Below are positions 26,017 to 38,634 of a stretch of DNA of 57,107 nucleotides, piece after piece (position 1 is the stretch's first letter; each line of letters begins with the position of its first letter). The notes beneath the pieces were generated by a model. The model did not search any database and was not told the DNA's origin. It worked only from the letters and a program-made list of their open reading frames with translations. The DNA is from Rhizaria sp. SCN 62-66. Taxonomy: Eukaryota. The DNA lies in assembly GCA_001724265.1 (NCBI GenBank), contig MEDY01000402.1, positions 1-57,107 of the forward strand, written 5' to 3'. Made by a program: the position numbers and the translations under genes.

Positions 26017-27729
26017 ATGTTTGCGGCCGGCTCGGTGCTTTCGGCGGCTTGGTTGCTCTACGACCGCGCCGTGAAGGTCCGTTCCACTCTCTTTAAGAGC
26101 ACGGATTTTGCTATCCATTTTTTCCTTTGAAAACAAAACACGTGAGATATTACAGAACTCGCAACAAATATCTAATGTATTATCTCAATATTATCCTTTA
26201 TTTTGTTTTCCACGCCGTTTCAGGTCCGATCCACTGCCAAGACGATCGAGAAGTGGGTGCTTGGCAGCGGCGGGGGCAGCGGCGACACCGGCGCCGGCTC
26301 CCGCGCCGCCTCGGGCTGGGGCTACGACATGGTCCGGCCGCAGGGCGCGCTCTACCACCGCTTTCTCGCCCACGCCGGGCTCACCGACGCCGCCGCGCTC
26401 GCCGCCGTGGCCGCCAACACTGGCTCCGCCACCGCCGGCGCATGGCCCCCGCAGTCGCCGTCCTCGGCCGCGGCGGCCGCGGCGGCCGCGGCCGCCTCCG
26501 GCGCGGGCGCGGGGGCGGGGGCCGAGCCGGCGCTGCTGCAGTCGGCGGGCTCGGCGCTGTCGCGGCTGGACGGCGTCACGCGGCCGCAAGTGCTGGCTCT
26601 GGTGGCGCAGGTCAGCGACCGGCTCGAGGCGCTGCTGCCAGTGCTCCATCTCGCGCTGCTGCGCGTGCGCGTGCCGCTCGCCCCGGGGGCCTACTATGAC
26701 CAGGACGGCGACGACGACGGCGACCGCGACGACGACGATGACGAGGCTGACGGCGACCCCGATCGCCGCAAGTTCTCACAGCGGCGGCGTCTGCGTCAGC
26801 AGCAGCGGCAGCAGCGGCGTCTGTTCGCGGCCGCGGCCTCTGCCTCGGCGGCCACGGCCGCGCGCGCGTCTTTGCTGCGGAGCGCCGTGGACCGCGCGCG
26901 CGCCGCCGTGAGCGAAAGCGAGTTCTTCCTCTTCACGTACCTCAACACCGACTACGAGGCCGCGCTGCTCCGCACCAGCGACGCCGCCGCCGCCGCCGTC
27001 GCCGCAGTGGCCTCCGCGAACGCAGCGGCGGCGGCGGCGGCGGCGGCAGCGACGGCCGCTGCCAGCAACAGCGGCGGCAGCGGCGGTAGCGGCGGCGCCA
27101 GGGGGGCTCGGACGAGGGGGCATCGGTCTGTCTCCATCGCGACGCACACCGCAGTTTACGCCGGCGACAGCAACAACGACGACGACGGCGCTGCTGCGGG
27201 CGTCGTGACCAGCGCTGCGGCCGCGCGTGTTGAGGGCTTCGATGACGACCTCTGCGACGACAACAATATTAACCATAACACCAACAACATTCATAACACA
27301 ATGGGGGATGATGGCCAAGGCGGGTACAGCGGCAACATCAGCTACAACTTCAGCGGCGGCGGCGGCGGCGGGGGCCATACACAGGGGGACCTCAGCAGCA
27401 GCGGCGGCAGCGACTACGTTGTCCGGTTTGCCCCCGCCGCCTCCGGGCCGCCGACGTTCAGTTCTGGCAACACACCCACGCACCACGCTGGCGCTGGCTC
27501 TGGTGCTGGCATCAACAACGGCAGCGGCGCGATTGCGACGACGTTGGCGAGTGCAAGCTCCAGCTCCAGCTCCAGATCAACCGGCATCGGCAGCAGCAAC
27601 AAGGGCGCCTCTACCACCCCGCGAAACAGCGGCAACTCTGCGAGCGCTAGCAGCAGCGCTGGCGTTGGCGGCTTCCGCATCAACATCATCGAAAACGCGT
27701 TCGCCCCTCCCGATCCCTTTGAGAGCGTT

Positions 27730-27808
<79 letters not shown>

Positions 27809-30119
27809 CCGCGCCCGAACCCGTCGTCGTCGTCGCCGCCGCCCTCCTCGGCCGCCTCCGTTGCCAGCAGCAGCAGCCACACCCGCAGCCTCAGCCACAG
27901 CGGCGGCGGCGGCGGCAGCGGCGGAAGCGGGGCCGGGCTATCTCTGGCGCCGTCTTCGGCAGCCTTCGTGGTCTTCGCGCTCCGGGCCCTGGCCGCGGAG
28001 CTCGACGCCGCCGCCGCCGCGCTGGCTCTGGCGCTCTCGGCCGCCGCCAATCTGCTACCCCCGCCGCAGCCGCCGCAGCCGCCGCGGCGGTCACTGCGGC
28101 TGCGGGCGCCGCAGCCGTCACGCGAAGCAGGCTTGCACTGTCGTAACTACACGAACGCGGTGCTGCCGCTGTCCGCGTGCCTGTCCACTGCGGCGCTGGC
28201 GCGGGCCTCGCTGCGCCTGCACGCCATGGCCGCCGAGACCGGAGACCTGCTGCTGCTGCCCGGCGCGCTGCTGATCGCCTCCGTCGCCGCCCCCCCGGCA
28301 CTGCAGCAGCAGCAGCAGAGCGATGATGATGGTAGCAACGACGACGATGGCGGTAAGTATCGGAGTCGGCGGCACAGGGAGAGCGCACAGCAACGGCGGC
28401 AGCGGCGGCAGCAGCGGCGGCAGCGGCGCGCGGCGGCGGCGGCGGCGGCGCTGATCGCAACCAGCCCCCGTCTGGCGCTGCACCAGGCGGCCGCGGCGGC
28501 CACCACTGCGCGCTCAAGCACTCGAAGTGAGCGCCAGCGCAGTCACGATCGCGGTCGCGACGGTCGCGGCGCCGACGTTCTGGAGGGCCCTGAGGCGAGA
28601 ACAGGCTCCAGCTCGAGTGCGAGCGCGAGCGCTGCCCCCGAGGAGCTGCAGTGGTCGTTCGTGTGGTCCTCGGCCACGCTGGCGCTACGTCACTCGCTGT
28701 GCACGCACGCCGCCCTGGCTCACGCCATGAACACCGCCGCGCTTGCGCTCGACGCCGGCGCAGGCGTAAGTGCCGCGCGGGCGGGTACTTACATCGCCGG
28801 CGGCGGCGGCGTCAGCGTGTCGCGGGGCCAGTTGCCCTACTCGCATCTGGGGCCGGCGACTCTGCTCAACAACAACACCGACTCCAACATCAGCGCCTTC
28901 ACCGGCGCCGCTGACGGGGCAGCAGCTGCAGCCACAGCGGCGGCGGCAGCAGCGGCAGCAGGAGCGACGGCGTCGAAGCTGCCCCGGGCGGTTGCCGCCG
29001 CGGTCGCCGCCGACCCCTCCGCCGCGGCGGCGGCCGCGGCCGCCACGAGCGCCGCCGCCGAGGCCGCGGCCGCGCGCGACGCCGCCGCCGCCGCTGCGGC
29101 GTCTCTATCCGCGCGGCTCTCCTTCGCGGGGGACCCCGTGCGGCTGTATTCGATGGCCGTGGTCGACGCGGAGCCCTGGGGCGACGCCGCGCCCGCCGCC
29201 GCGGTGGGGGCCGCCGCCGCGGAGGCCGAGGCCGAAGCAGAGGCCGCGGCGGCGGCTGCGGCGACTGCGGCCGCGACTGCGGCTGCTGCGCACACTGGCG
29301 GTGTTGTTGGTTGGGATGATGATCTCGTCATCAACACGGACAACAACACCAATGACTTGATTAACAACAGTAGCGACAATTTCTACGGCAATATCAATAA
29401 CGGTGCATTTGCTCCCAACAATGTTCTCGACGACTGCGACTTACTCATGGACAACAACAATAACAATCTGAGCAACAACAACAACAACACCAACCGTGCC
29501 GCTGCCGCCGCCCACAGTCGCTCATCCGCCTTGGCCCCGGTCTCTGTCTCCGAGTCCCCCTCGTCCTCGTCGTCCTACAGAGCGGTGCCCGTGTCGTTGT
29601 CGCTGGGGCTGGGGCTGACGGTGGCGCCACTCTCGCCGCTGCTCTCGCGCCAGGCGCAGCGCGCGCTGGGGTTGCGGGCCTCGGCCGCCGCGCCGCTGCC
29701 GGTCGCCACGGTCGCCGCCGTCGCCTCAGCCCCGGGTGGTGGGAGCCGGGGGGGGATCAGGGGCGCCGAGGGGTCGATCTTCGTCTCCGACTCCGACTCG
29801 GGGCCGGAGTCAGGTTACGACGCCAGCGGCGACAGCGGCGACAGCGACAGCTGTGACGACGACTACAGTGATGAGAGTGGCAGTGGTGAAGTCGACGATG
29901 ATAGCTCTACTTCTGCTGCTGCAGCTGCAGCTGTGACCACTGGCTTCAAGGGCCTGCCGCGCGCGCTGTCCCGCGCCCGTCACCTGGAGGCCCTTGTCTG
30001 GCGTGGCCCCGCCTCCGCCTCCGCCTCCGCCTCAGGTCACAGCGGCGGCGGCGGTGCGGGCGTCGTGTATGCCTTCGTCCCGTTGCCCGCTGCCAATCCC
30101 TCCGCCCTCGGCAGCAACA

Positions 30120-30150
<31 letters not shown>

Positions 30151-30802
30151 GGGCGGTGGCAGCGGCAGCAGCGGCGGCGGCGGCGGCTTGCGCGACGTGC
30201 TGCACCTGATGTCCCTCGCGGTGTACGAGAACGAACTCAACGCACTCCGGGGGCCCGCCGCCCGGGCCGGCGGCGAGGCATGGTGCGCTGCTGCCGAGGC
30301 CGCTCTTTCGGTCAACAACAACAGAGGCAGCGGCAGCGGCGGCCGCGGTGGCAGCGGCGGTGCTACTATGCCGCAAGCGGGGGGGCCGTTCAGCCGGTCG
30401 CTGAGTGGCGGGGGCGGTGGCACCGGGAACGGCGTTTCCGGGGGCGGCGGAGTGCCACTGTTTTGGCACCCCGCCGCGGGCGACTGCGAGCTGCAGGCGC
30501 TCTTTGGGGACGCGCTGCCGCCGCTGCCGCAGCCGCACAGCAAGAAGAACGCTCAGAACAAGACCGAGAGCAAGAGCAAGAGCAGCAGCTCTGTGAACTC
30601 GAAGGCTCAGGCTGAGGCGGAGGCGGAGGCTGCGACGCTGCGGAAGCGTGTGGCCGAGCTCGAGGCCGAGCTTGCCGCGGCCAAGTCTGCGTTGTCGTCG
30701 CCGTCACCATCACAGTCTCAGTCATCATCATCGTCATCATCATCATCATCGTCGTCCTCGTCTTATAGTAGCAGTAGTAAGAGTGGGAAGAAGAAGTACT
30801 AA
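26017..30802 (+). CDS. Large protein of unknown function; exon 26017-26076, intron 26077-26223, with a +1 frame break at or near the (AAC)26 tract
   Basis: A 60-nt ATG exon splices in phase into ORF 26203-28146. Protein-like sequence then switches to ORF 27227-30802 at about 27808. Segments 'DRLEALLPVLHLAL' and 'LSTAALARAS...GD' faintly recall fungal Yrb30/Ran-binding proteins (unverified). Short C-terminal coiled coil; stop is TAA. Confidence 0.6.
27730..27807 (+). repeat. Perfect (AAC)26 microsatellite within coding sequence
   Basis: Directly visible; coincides with the reading-frame switch. Confidence 0.97.
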
Positions 30803-31264
30803 GTTCTGCAATGTGTAACCACACCTTTAGGTTAAACACGGAAGATATTATATAGATTCAATTACAATACATACAATAGTTTGACAGCAGATTGAGAGGT
30901 TATTGTTTTAATGTTATATCAAGTATAATACGATGTTATAATATCGACGATCGACCTCGTTGGTTCCTAAAAAAGTTGCGGTGCTGTCCGTTGGCGGGTA
31001 GAGACGACGAGAAGGCCTTGCTAGCAACGCGAATAATGCCTTACCCGATCGTCATTACGGGTTATGCTTGATATATTTAGAAACACGCACTACTTTTGCG
31101 TTTACTTACAAAATTGGCCGTCCGTGGTCACGCCTTATCACCCCCCACAAGCCATCCTCATTCCTCCCCCCAACCTGCCGCACTGCCTCGCTTCCCCTCT
31201 CTCGATCATCTCTGTACTGTCGTCCTCCTTAACACCGCGCACTTATCTACCGCGCCGTGCAGTC

Positions 31265-33455
31265 ATGTCCACCGAAGACATCTCCCAGCTTGAGGCTGAG
31301 CTCAAGAAGCTTTCCGTCACCGAGGCCCCCGCCGCCGCCGACAAGACTGATGGTGCCGCCGCCGACGCCAAGGCTGATGCCAAGGCTGCCGAGACTGCTG
31401 CCGCCGTCGACAGCACCATCGCGCCCGAGGACCACTCGATTGCGGTGCCGTTCGACCGCTCGATGCCCAGCTTCGCGCCGTTCGTGGAGGACCCCGCGTT
31501 CCTGGCTCTCGAGTACCACTCGCCCATCGCGCTCGTCAACAACAACTTCCTCCAGGTACGCGCGCGCGCACGAAAAGAAATCGCAACATCCCGCAAATAT
31601 ATTTTAATATAACGTGATATATATCTTTTATAACGTTGTACATTATTTTTATATTGATTTGAGCCGTTTATATGCCAGTCGTGTCACTTAAGTATTTTTT
31701 CTATAAAACTTGACTCACAAACAATCCCCCCGTTCATCTCGAATCCCCAAACTCGCCCCCTGCGTTCTCCTCATCCCCTCCCAGGACGAGCAGGCGAGGG
31801 ACAACTACGCCTCTGTCAAGGTGCGCGCGGCGGCCTGGGCGCAGGGCGCGGGCGTGACGGCCGAGATGGTGGCGGCGATGACCGAGAAGTACACGGCCCA
31901 CGTCAAGGCCTTCTGCGCGCAGGCCGAGCCGGCGTTCGAGCGCATCTTCATCCGCGACGGCGAGCGCTCTTTCAACACGCCTGTGCGCCGTACCGCGCTC
32001 TGCCACATGCTCACTTTCCTCCAGGTATGTCCTCCGCCACTTCGTAGCAACCAAATCGAAGCAGTCGTGTTTTAGCATGGCGATAGTTTGAAGGCATATA
32101 AGTTCGTGTTTTGAGTCTAAATTATCGTATGTTGTGAATGAGTTATATATATTTCATTTTAGTTTCGTTTCAATAAGTACTCATATGATGACTCTACATA
32201 TCATCTTGTATATCAATTTTATTTTTAACAGGCCACCACTCTCGAGAATGACTACCACCAGGTACGTAAAGCATCACTCATCGAAGTTATGACACTAAGT
32301 TATGACACTTCAAATCTATCAAATTTCTTAAGTTTATCAACATATATACTCCAAGTAGTAGTCTCTTCACAACTCACGCCACGCACTCCCCACATCTCAC
32401 TCCGCACACTTCTATCACACACACAGGGCCTGTCGATGATCGTGTCGTTCCTGTCGCTCTTCCTGGACACGCCGACGGTGCTGTGCATGGTCGTGGCGGC
32501 CAACACGGACCCGCGCTTCATGCCGGGCGTGTGGAAGTCGCAGTCGCTCTTTGCCGCCACCGACGGCTACATCTTCGACGCGCTGCTCGCCAAGCACTAC
32601 CCCGCCGTGGCGGCGCTTTTCGCCAAGTGGGGCATTATCCCCACGCTCTACATCGCCAAGTGGTGGTGCTCGCTCAGCATCCACGTGCTGCCCTTCCAGT
32701 CCCTCGCCGTGCTATTCGACCGCTTCTTCGCGCAGGGTGCCGGCTCGCGCGCGTGCTTCGAGCTGGGCCTCCTCGTCATCGGCTCCCAGGAGGGCCTCAT
32801 CACCAGCGCTAAGGCCATCGACCGCGTCCTTGAGTACGTCGAGTATCGCGATTCCATATCTCATAATAACAATGTCTTGATGAATGGTAGTTTTAGAGTT
32901 ACATTGAAGAAGTAGTCTAACTTTTCAGTTCTTTCTTTCTATTTCTTTCTTCTTTCCTTGTGTTATCTCTGTTATCTCATTCCCTTTGACTTGCTCTCTC
33001 GCAGGTACCTGCGTCTGGACCCCCTCGTGGCGTCCCCGGCCGCCATTAACGCGCTCGTCTACGGCCTGGACCGCATCGCCGCGCTTACGGCCGCGGGCAA
33101 GACGCCCGCCGAGGCCGAGGCCGCGCTGCTGGACGAGCAGCCCTTCCGCAAGACGGTCGCCGCGGCCGTGGCGTCGCTCGGCTCGGTCGAGGAGCTGACT
33201 GCCCTCCGCGCCAAGACTTATGATGAGAAGCTTCGCTCTGGCGTCGAGCGCGCCAACAAGGACTTCGAGGCGGACGCCGTGCCCGACTGCGCGCGCGCCG
33301 ACTGCGAGTCGCCCAAGGAGACGGGCGACTACTACTGCCTAGACTGCAAGAAGCACTTCTGCGACGACTGCGCCTACGGCAGCTGGCCGGGCCACTCGCG
33401 TGCTGAGCACCGCGTCATGTGCAACATGGACCTCGAGGACGAGGATCTCGAGTGA
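31265..33455 (+). CDS. TBC (Rab-GAP) domain protein with C-terminal B-box-type zinc finger; exons 31265-31555, 31785-32024, 32232-32261, 32427-32833, 33005-33455
   Basis: Arg-finger motif 'IRDGERSF', Gln-finger 'DYHQGLSMIVSFL' formed by a 30-nt micro-exon, and 'LYIAKWWCSL...LFDRFF'. The C-terminus 'CARADC..YYCLDCKKHFCDDC...H....H' fits a B-box. Stop is TGA. Confidence 0.85.
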
Positions 33456-34024
33456 GCGGCGAGACGCCACCACCACCAACAGCAGTAGCAGCAGCAGCAG
33501 TGCAACAATGATGCACATGTACGTAGCTGCCAACGCGTGCTTATCAGAAAGCGAGCCAACGTTAACTTTGGAAGTTCTTGAAGTGGAGTTTATTGTTTTG
33601 GGACGATAAATGCAAATAAAAGAGAAGTATATTTATGCTGAAGTTTTGTGGTTTTGTTTTAATTTCTGTAAGTGCCTATTTAGAAGAGATGTCGAGCGTT
33701 TTGTTAGTTTTGACTTCTGAAAGCGTACACGTAGGACCGAAAAAATCCGCCCACGCACGGTCGAAAAACCACAAAGGGCAAATTGCGCAAGCGAAGTCAA
33801 TCTTTGACGAGCTTAGGAGGTCTTGTTATCCGTGTTGGAGACACAGGGATTATATTATCTGCTTTGATCTACATTTTTTTATTCCGATTTGTTTCTTGCA
33901 TTTCTCCCCAATCCCTGCATCATGCTCCCCGTACCCTCCTCCATTCTGCTCTCTCGTCCACGCTGACTTTTGCCTCCCCTTCTCTGCTCTTGCTTCTATC
34001 TCTCTCTCTCTCGCTTGTAGTCAG

Positions 34025-34464
34025 ATGCCCTTCACTCTCGCTGCTTCCGAGGTCTCCTCCACCGCCTGCGCCCTCGCCGCCCTCATCCTCCAGGACGGCG
34101 CTGCCCCCCTCACGTACGTCTCAATCCCAGTCATAGTCCCAGTCCAGGAACAACTTTCTCTCCCATTCCTTTTCCTGTATTCCCTAGACACCCAGACTCA
34201 CTCCACCCATGCTTTATTTACTTTTACCCTACTCTTCTTCTTCGTGTCCGCCCCCGCAGCGCTGAGAACATCACCGCTGTGATCTCCGCTGCCGGCGTCA
34301 AGGGCGTCGATGCCACCACCGCCGCCATCTTCGCCACCGCGTGCGAGGGCCGCGACGTCTCGTCGCTCATCTTCTCCGGCTCCTCCTCCTCCTCCGGCTC
34401 CTCCTCTTCGGGTTCCTCCTCCTCCGGCTCGTCCTCCTCCGACTCCTCCTCGGACTCCGATTAA
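34025..34464 (+). CDS. RPLP1: 60S acidic ribosomal protein P1-like (97 aa) with atypical Ser-rich tail; exons 34025-34113 and 34260-34464
   Basis: 'TACALAALILQD...LTAENITAVISAAGVK.VD....IFA.A.EGRDV..LI' matches the P1 N-terminal domain. Intron is GTACGT...GCAG. Stop is TAA. Confidence 0.8.
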
Positions 34465-35215
34465 GCGCGCTTACCGGCCGCAAAGCTGCGACAACCATGC
34501 CAGCTCATCTTCAGCAAGTTGCAATCGCAGTAGCCTGAGCGTTGGCGGCTGCAAAGCTGCTGTTGCGCCTGCTGCTGCGACCGCAACGCGCGTTGTCCGC
34601 CGGGCTGGCGTTGTGTGCGCACGTAGTTGCTCTTGGAGACAGGATGGACGCTCTCCATGACAGTGCAGAGCTCTGTAGGTGGCCTTGGACTTGCGCAGTT
34701 TGAGGGAAAAATGTGACAAAACGAATAAAATAAAGGCATTTTTATTCTTCCGTATTATTTTAGGTTGCTTTTGGATCGTACTCTGCATCGAATATTCTCA
34801 TATCTGTTTTGTTTATATTATTGTAATCCTCAAAATGGCGCTTGCTGCGGTCAAGCTTGACTGTGGACCGTCCACGCCAGATATAGCCGTTGGCCCGTCG
34901 GCTGGAGGCAGCAACGGCGTTTCACTAGTCGTTAGTATGAGGTGGATTGTCAGACGATTGTTTGCGATGGTTAGCTCATGTAACGGAAATCAGTTAGTAA
35001 AAGCAAATAGTTTCACTTTCATTAAATCAGATAATTTTATTATATTCTGCAAAAAGAGCGTTTTATACTGTCTTTTTCTACCTTAAAATCCGCGCATGGC
35101 AAGAGCATTCAAGCCTCACCCAACGAACTTTCTCTCACGCCTTCTGCTACTTTCTTTTCCATTTAATCATCGTCAATTCTTCTACCATCTGATGTCCCAT
35201 ATGCTAAGCTTCAGA

Positions 35216-37227
35216 ATGAGTAGCGGCGATTTTGGCGCTCTGGCCATTCAGACGCGCGACCGTCTCAACGCCCTCTGGTCCGAGGTCGGCCTGTCTGAGG
35301 ACGAGCGCGATGCCGAGCTCGAGATCATCGTCGCCAGCGTCCGCTCTGTGTACAACAGCCGCCTGCAGCACGAGGAACGCCACGTTGAGGAGCTTCGCAG
35401 CTCTATCTCGACCGTCACGGCGCAGCTCAAGGCGATCCTCACAGTCCTGGAGGCGCCCGCGAGCGAGGTCGCCGCGGTCGACTGCAAGCCCCGCGGTGTG
35501 TCTCTGCGCGACAAGGTGTCGTCGCTCAAGCAGGACCTGGCCGCCGTGGCCGAGCGCCGCGACGCGCGCGCCGCCGCCGTGACGGCCAAGCACGCAGAGC
35601 TGCTGGCGCTGTGGTCCGCGATGGGCTTCCCCGCCAAGGCCGGTTTCGAGCCCGAGTCCCAGACCGAGGACAACATCGGCGCCGCCCGGCTCGCGGCACT
35701 CACCGAGGAGGTCGCCGCCGCCAGCGCCGAGCAAGCGCGTCTGCAGAGCGCCGTACAGGAGCTCTGCCAGGAGATCAACGACCAGTTCACCGAGCTCGGC
35801 ATCGCCAGCGAGATGGACGTCCAGGCCAACGATAGCATCGGCGCCGTCATCAGCGCCAACCCGCGCGTGGCGCCAGACGTGGCCTCTGTGCTCGTGCGGC
35901 TCAACTTCAACGAGCTGGACACGAAGATCACGGAGCGACGCTTCGAGCTCATTGGCGTGCACGCGGCGACGATCAAGGCGCTGCAGGAGCGCACGGTGCT
36001 GTTGGCCGAGATGCGGACTGAGCGCACCGAGAAGCTGCACGAGTTCGCGCAGGCCATCATGCCGCTCTGGCGCCGCCTCTCGGTTCCCGCCGAGGAGCAG
36101 CAGGCCTGGGTCAAGAACAACGGCGGGCTCTCGATCCAGGCGCTGCGCTCGTGCCAGCTTGAGATCATCCGCCTCCAGCAGCTCCAGCAGGAGGCCCTCG
36201 GACCCATGCTCCAGGTATGGCTGACAAAAACAACGAACTTCATCTCTCAAGCGCTCTAACATCTTCCAATTTTGATATATCGCACTTTTGTTTAATTTAG
36301 AAATGTTTTACTGCTTAATGATGCTATATGTTCCATTTTATCTCACGAATTGCACTCTTTGATGCTATATCGCTCTCCTTGTTCTTTCAGGCCGCCCGCG
36401 CCAAGGTGGAGGAGCTGTGGGACCACCTCATGGTCTCGGCCGACGAGCGCGCGCTCTTCAAGGACTTCACCTCCCCCGAGCTCTCTGACGAGCTGCTGCA
36501 GTCGCACGAGCAGCACATCTCGCTGCTCACTGCGCGCGCGAACGCGATGCGGCCCGTGCTGGAGCTGATCGCGCGCCGCGATGAGCTTAAGCGCACGACG
36601 CTGGTGCTGGCCGAGATGGAGACGGACCCGGACCGCTACAAGAAGCCGCGCCACCTGATCGAGGAGGAGCGCCTCCGCAAACAGCTCCGCGCCATGCCCA
36701 AGCTCGAGGCCGAGCTCCGCGCGCAGATCCCCGCCTGGGAGGCCCAGTACGGAGAGTTCCGCGTCGTACGTCCCCTACACTTAAACAAATGAGCTTGAAA
36801 ACTTGACGTGACATTTTACACTGGATCATTGAGTACTTAAATGTTTGTTTTTTGCTCTTGTACCATGCATTCAGTCCACACATTATAATCTGACCGTATA
36901 TCTATTTTCCCCTTTCTATTTTCATCAACACTAAACGTAATACGCGTGTTTATTAACTTACAGGACGGCGTGCGCTTCCTGGACCTGATGGAGGAGGACA
37001 TTGAAGCCGAGCACGCGCGCAAGGAGGAGGACCGCCTCGCCAAGGAGCGCGAGCGCGACGCCAAGCGCGCCGGCAAGGCCGCCGGCGCCGCCGGGGCCAA
37101 TGCCCAGCCCTTCGGCCGCACCAGCACTGCCAAGGCCGGCGCGGCTGCGGCCGCAGGCGGCAACGGCACCCGCAAGGGCACCGCCAAGGGCACCGAGGGC
37201 AAGAGCAAGGAAAACGTGTGTGCGTAA
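35216..37227 (+). CDS. PRC1: PRC1/Ase1/MAP65-family microtubule cross-linker; exons 35216-36214, 36391-36765, 36964-37227
   Basis: 'LNALWSEVGLSEDERD', repeated L..LW helices, 'SDELLQSHEQHI', 'DPDRY...LIEEERLRK...PKLEAELR..I.AWE..YG.F.V.DG..FL'. Stop is TAA. Confidence 0.9.
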
Positions 37228-38634
37228 GCACAGATCATAGTTAAGTCGCACACAGAGATTTGCTTTATTTCCAGCAATGAGAAGAGAAGAGAAAGTACGA
37301 TCAAAAAGAAAGAAAAAATTAAGAAGAAATGAAAGCAAGAGCGGAGAGCAATGTTTGAGCGATATTGCTTTTTCTCGATCTTGCTTCAGTGTTCCTATTC
37401 GTTGCTGCTGCGAGCTCTCTAACAATACCATTCGACTCAATGTTTTGATGTGCGAATCTAATTGGAGAGAGAAAAGATGAAGAATGTGGTATTTTTCATT
37501 TTCGCGAGCAGAAACGATTGCAACACCACAGCTTGCACAGCAATAGTAGTTACCGGTTACTTCGTAACACTGTCGTTGTACTCGTTTTGTTTTATATAGA
37601 TGTGACGCAAACATTTTCGACAGCGTTAGTTACAATTCAATACAACTGATTTTCATTAAAATATACTCACACTCATTCCGCACTTGTTTATTTGTATGTC
37701 ATCATCATAATGTCAGACGAACTGCATACTGTCGCGCATACGAGAAAAAATAATTCTCACGGGGAAGCATTGCACATTACATCCATTTCCCATTAGATTT
37801 GATAATTTTGCGTCAACATCTCTATGTATATCGGATATCTTCTTGAGTTTTTCTCAAAGGTACCGTGAGCACAAACAGTTGTAGCGGAATCGCGTCACTG
37901 TTGGAGCGATGAGTGATAATGACAAGACAGAGAGACATTGGACTAATATTTCAATGATGACGGAGCCACGATAGACCATCAGTGGCAAACTAAGCGCACA
38001 GAGCTGGGCCAAGCTGGGCAGATACAGACGAACACATGCACAAAGGAAGAACAAATCAAATACATCAGTGACGCGATGATATCAAGATGACAATCAAGGG
38101 CATCGTTCACAGTGCGGCGGAGCGTTGTTGCTCTGATGGAAAAATAGAAAGTTGTGCGATTAAAGCATAAAACATGAATAGTTATGATTCATGTGAACAA
38201 CACCAGGAAAACAAATCAGAACAAAATCAAATCAAAGCGCACCAGCCAAGAAATTCACAAAGTGTCATTTTCGTCAATACGTTCACACACACCAACAGTT
38301 GGATAGTGTTACTCGCGCTTGCGTGTTGGATATACGGAGGCTGGGTCACATCACACGACACACGGGTACGGACAGTAATACTTTTGGCAGAAGCAGGACA
38401 AAGAGAGCATCGAACATGAAGAACAGAACGACGGTCACTAAAACAACGACACGTAGTCAATCGTTTTCTGTTCCTGTGAGAGTATGAATCAAGCAAAGTA
38501 TAAAGACACGGTTAAAAGTTCGGCTGAAAGCGACGACTAATGAACGTTCGCATAGCTTTGACAGTAAGTATGCCATCGCTCAGTCAACACAAGCAAGTTT
38601 TTCGTCTCGACAATTCAGTCAGACAGCTGTGCCG

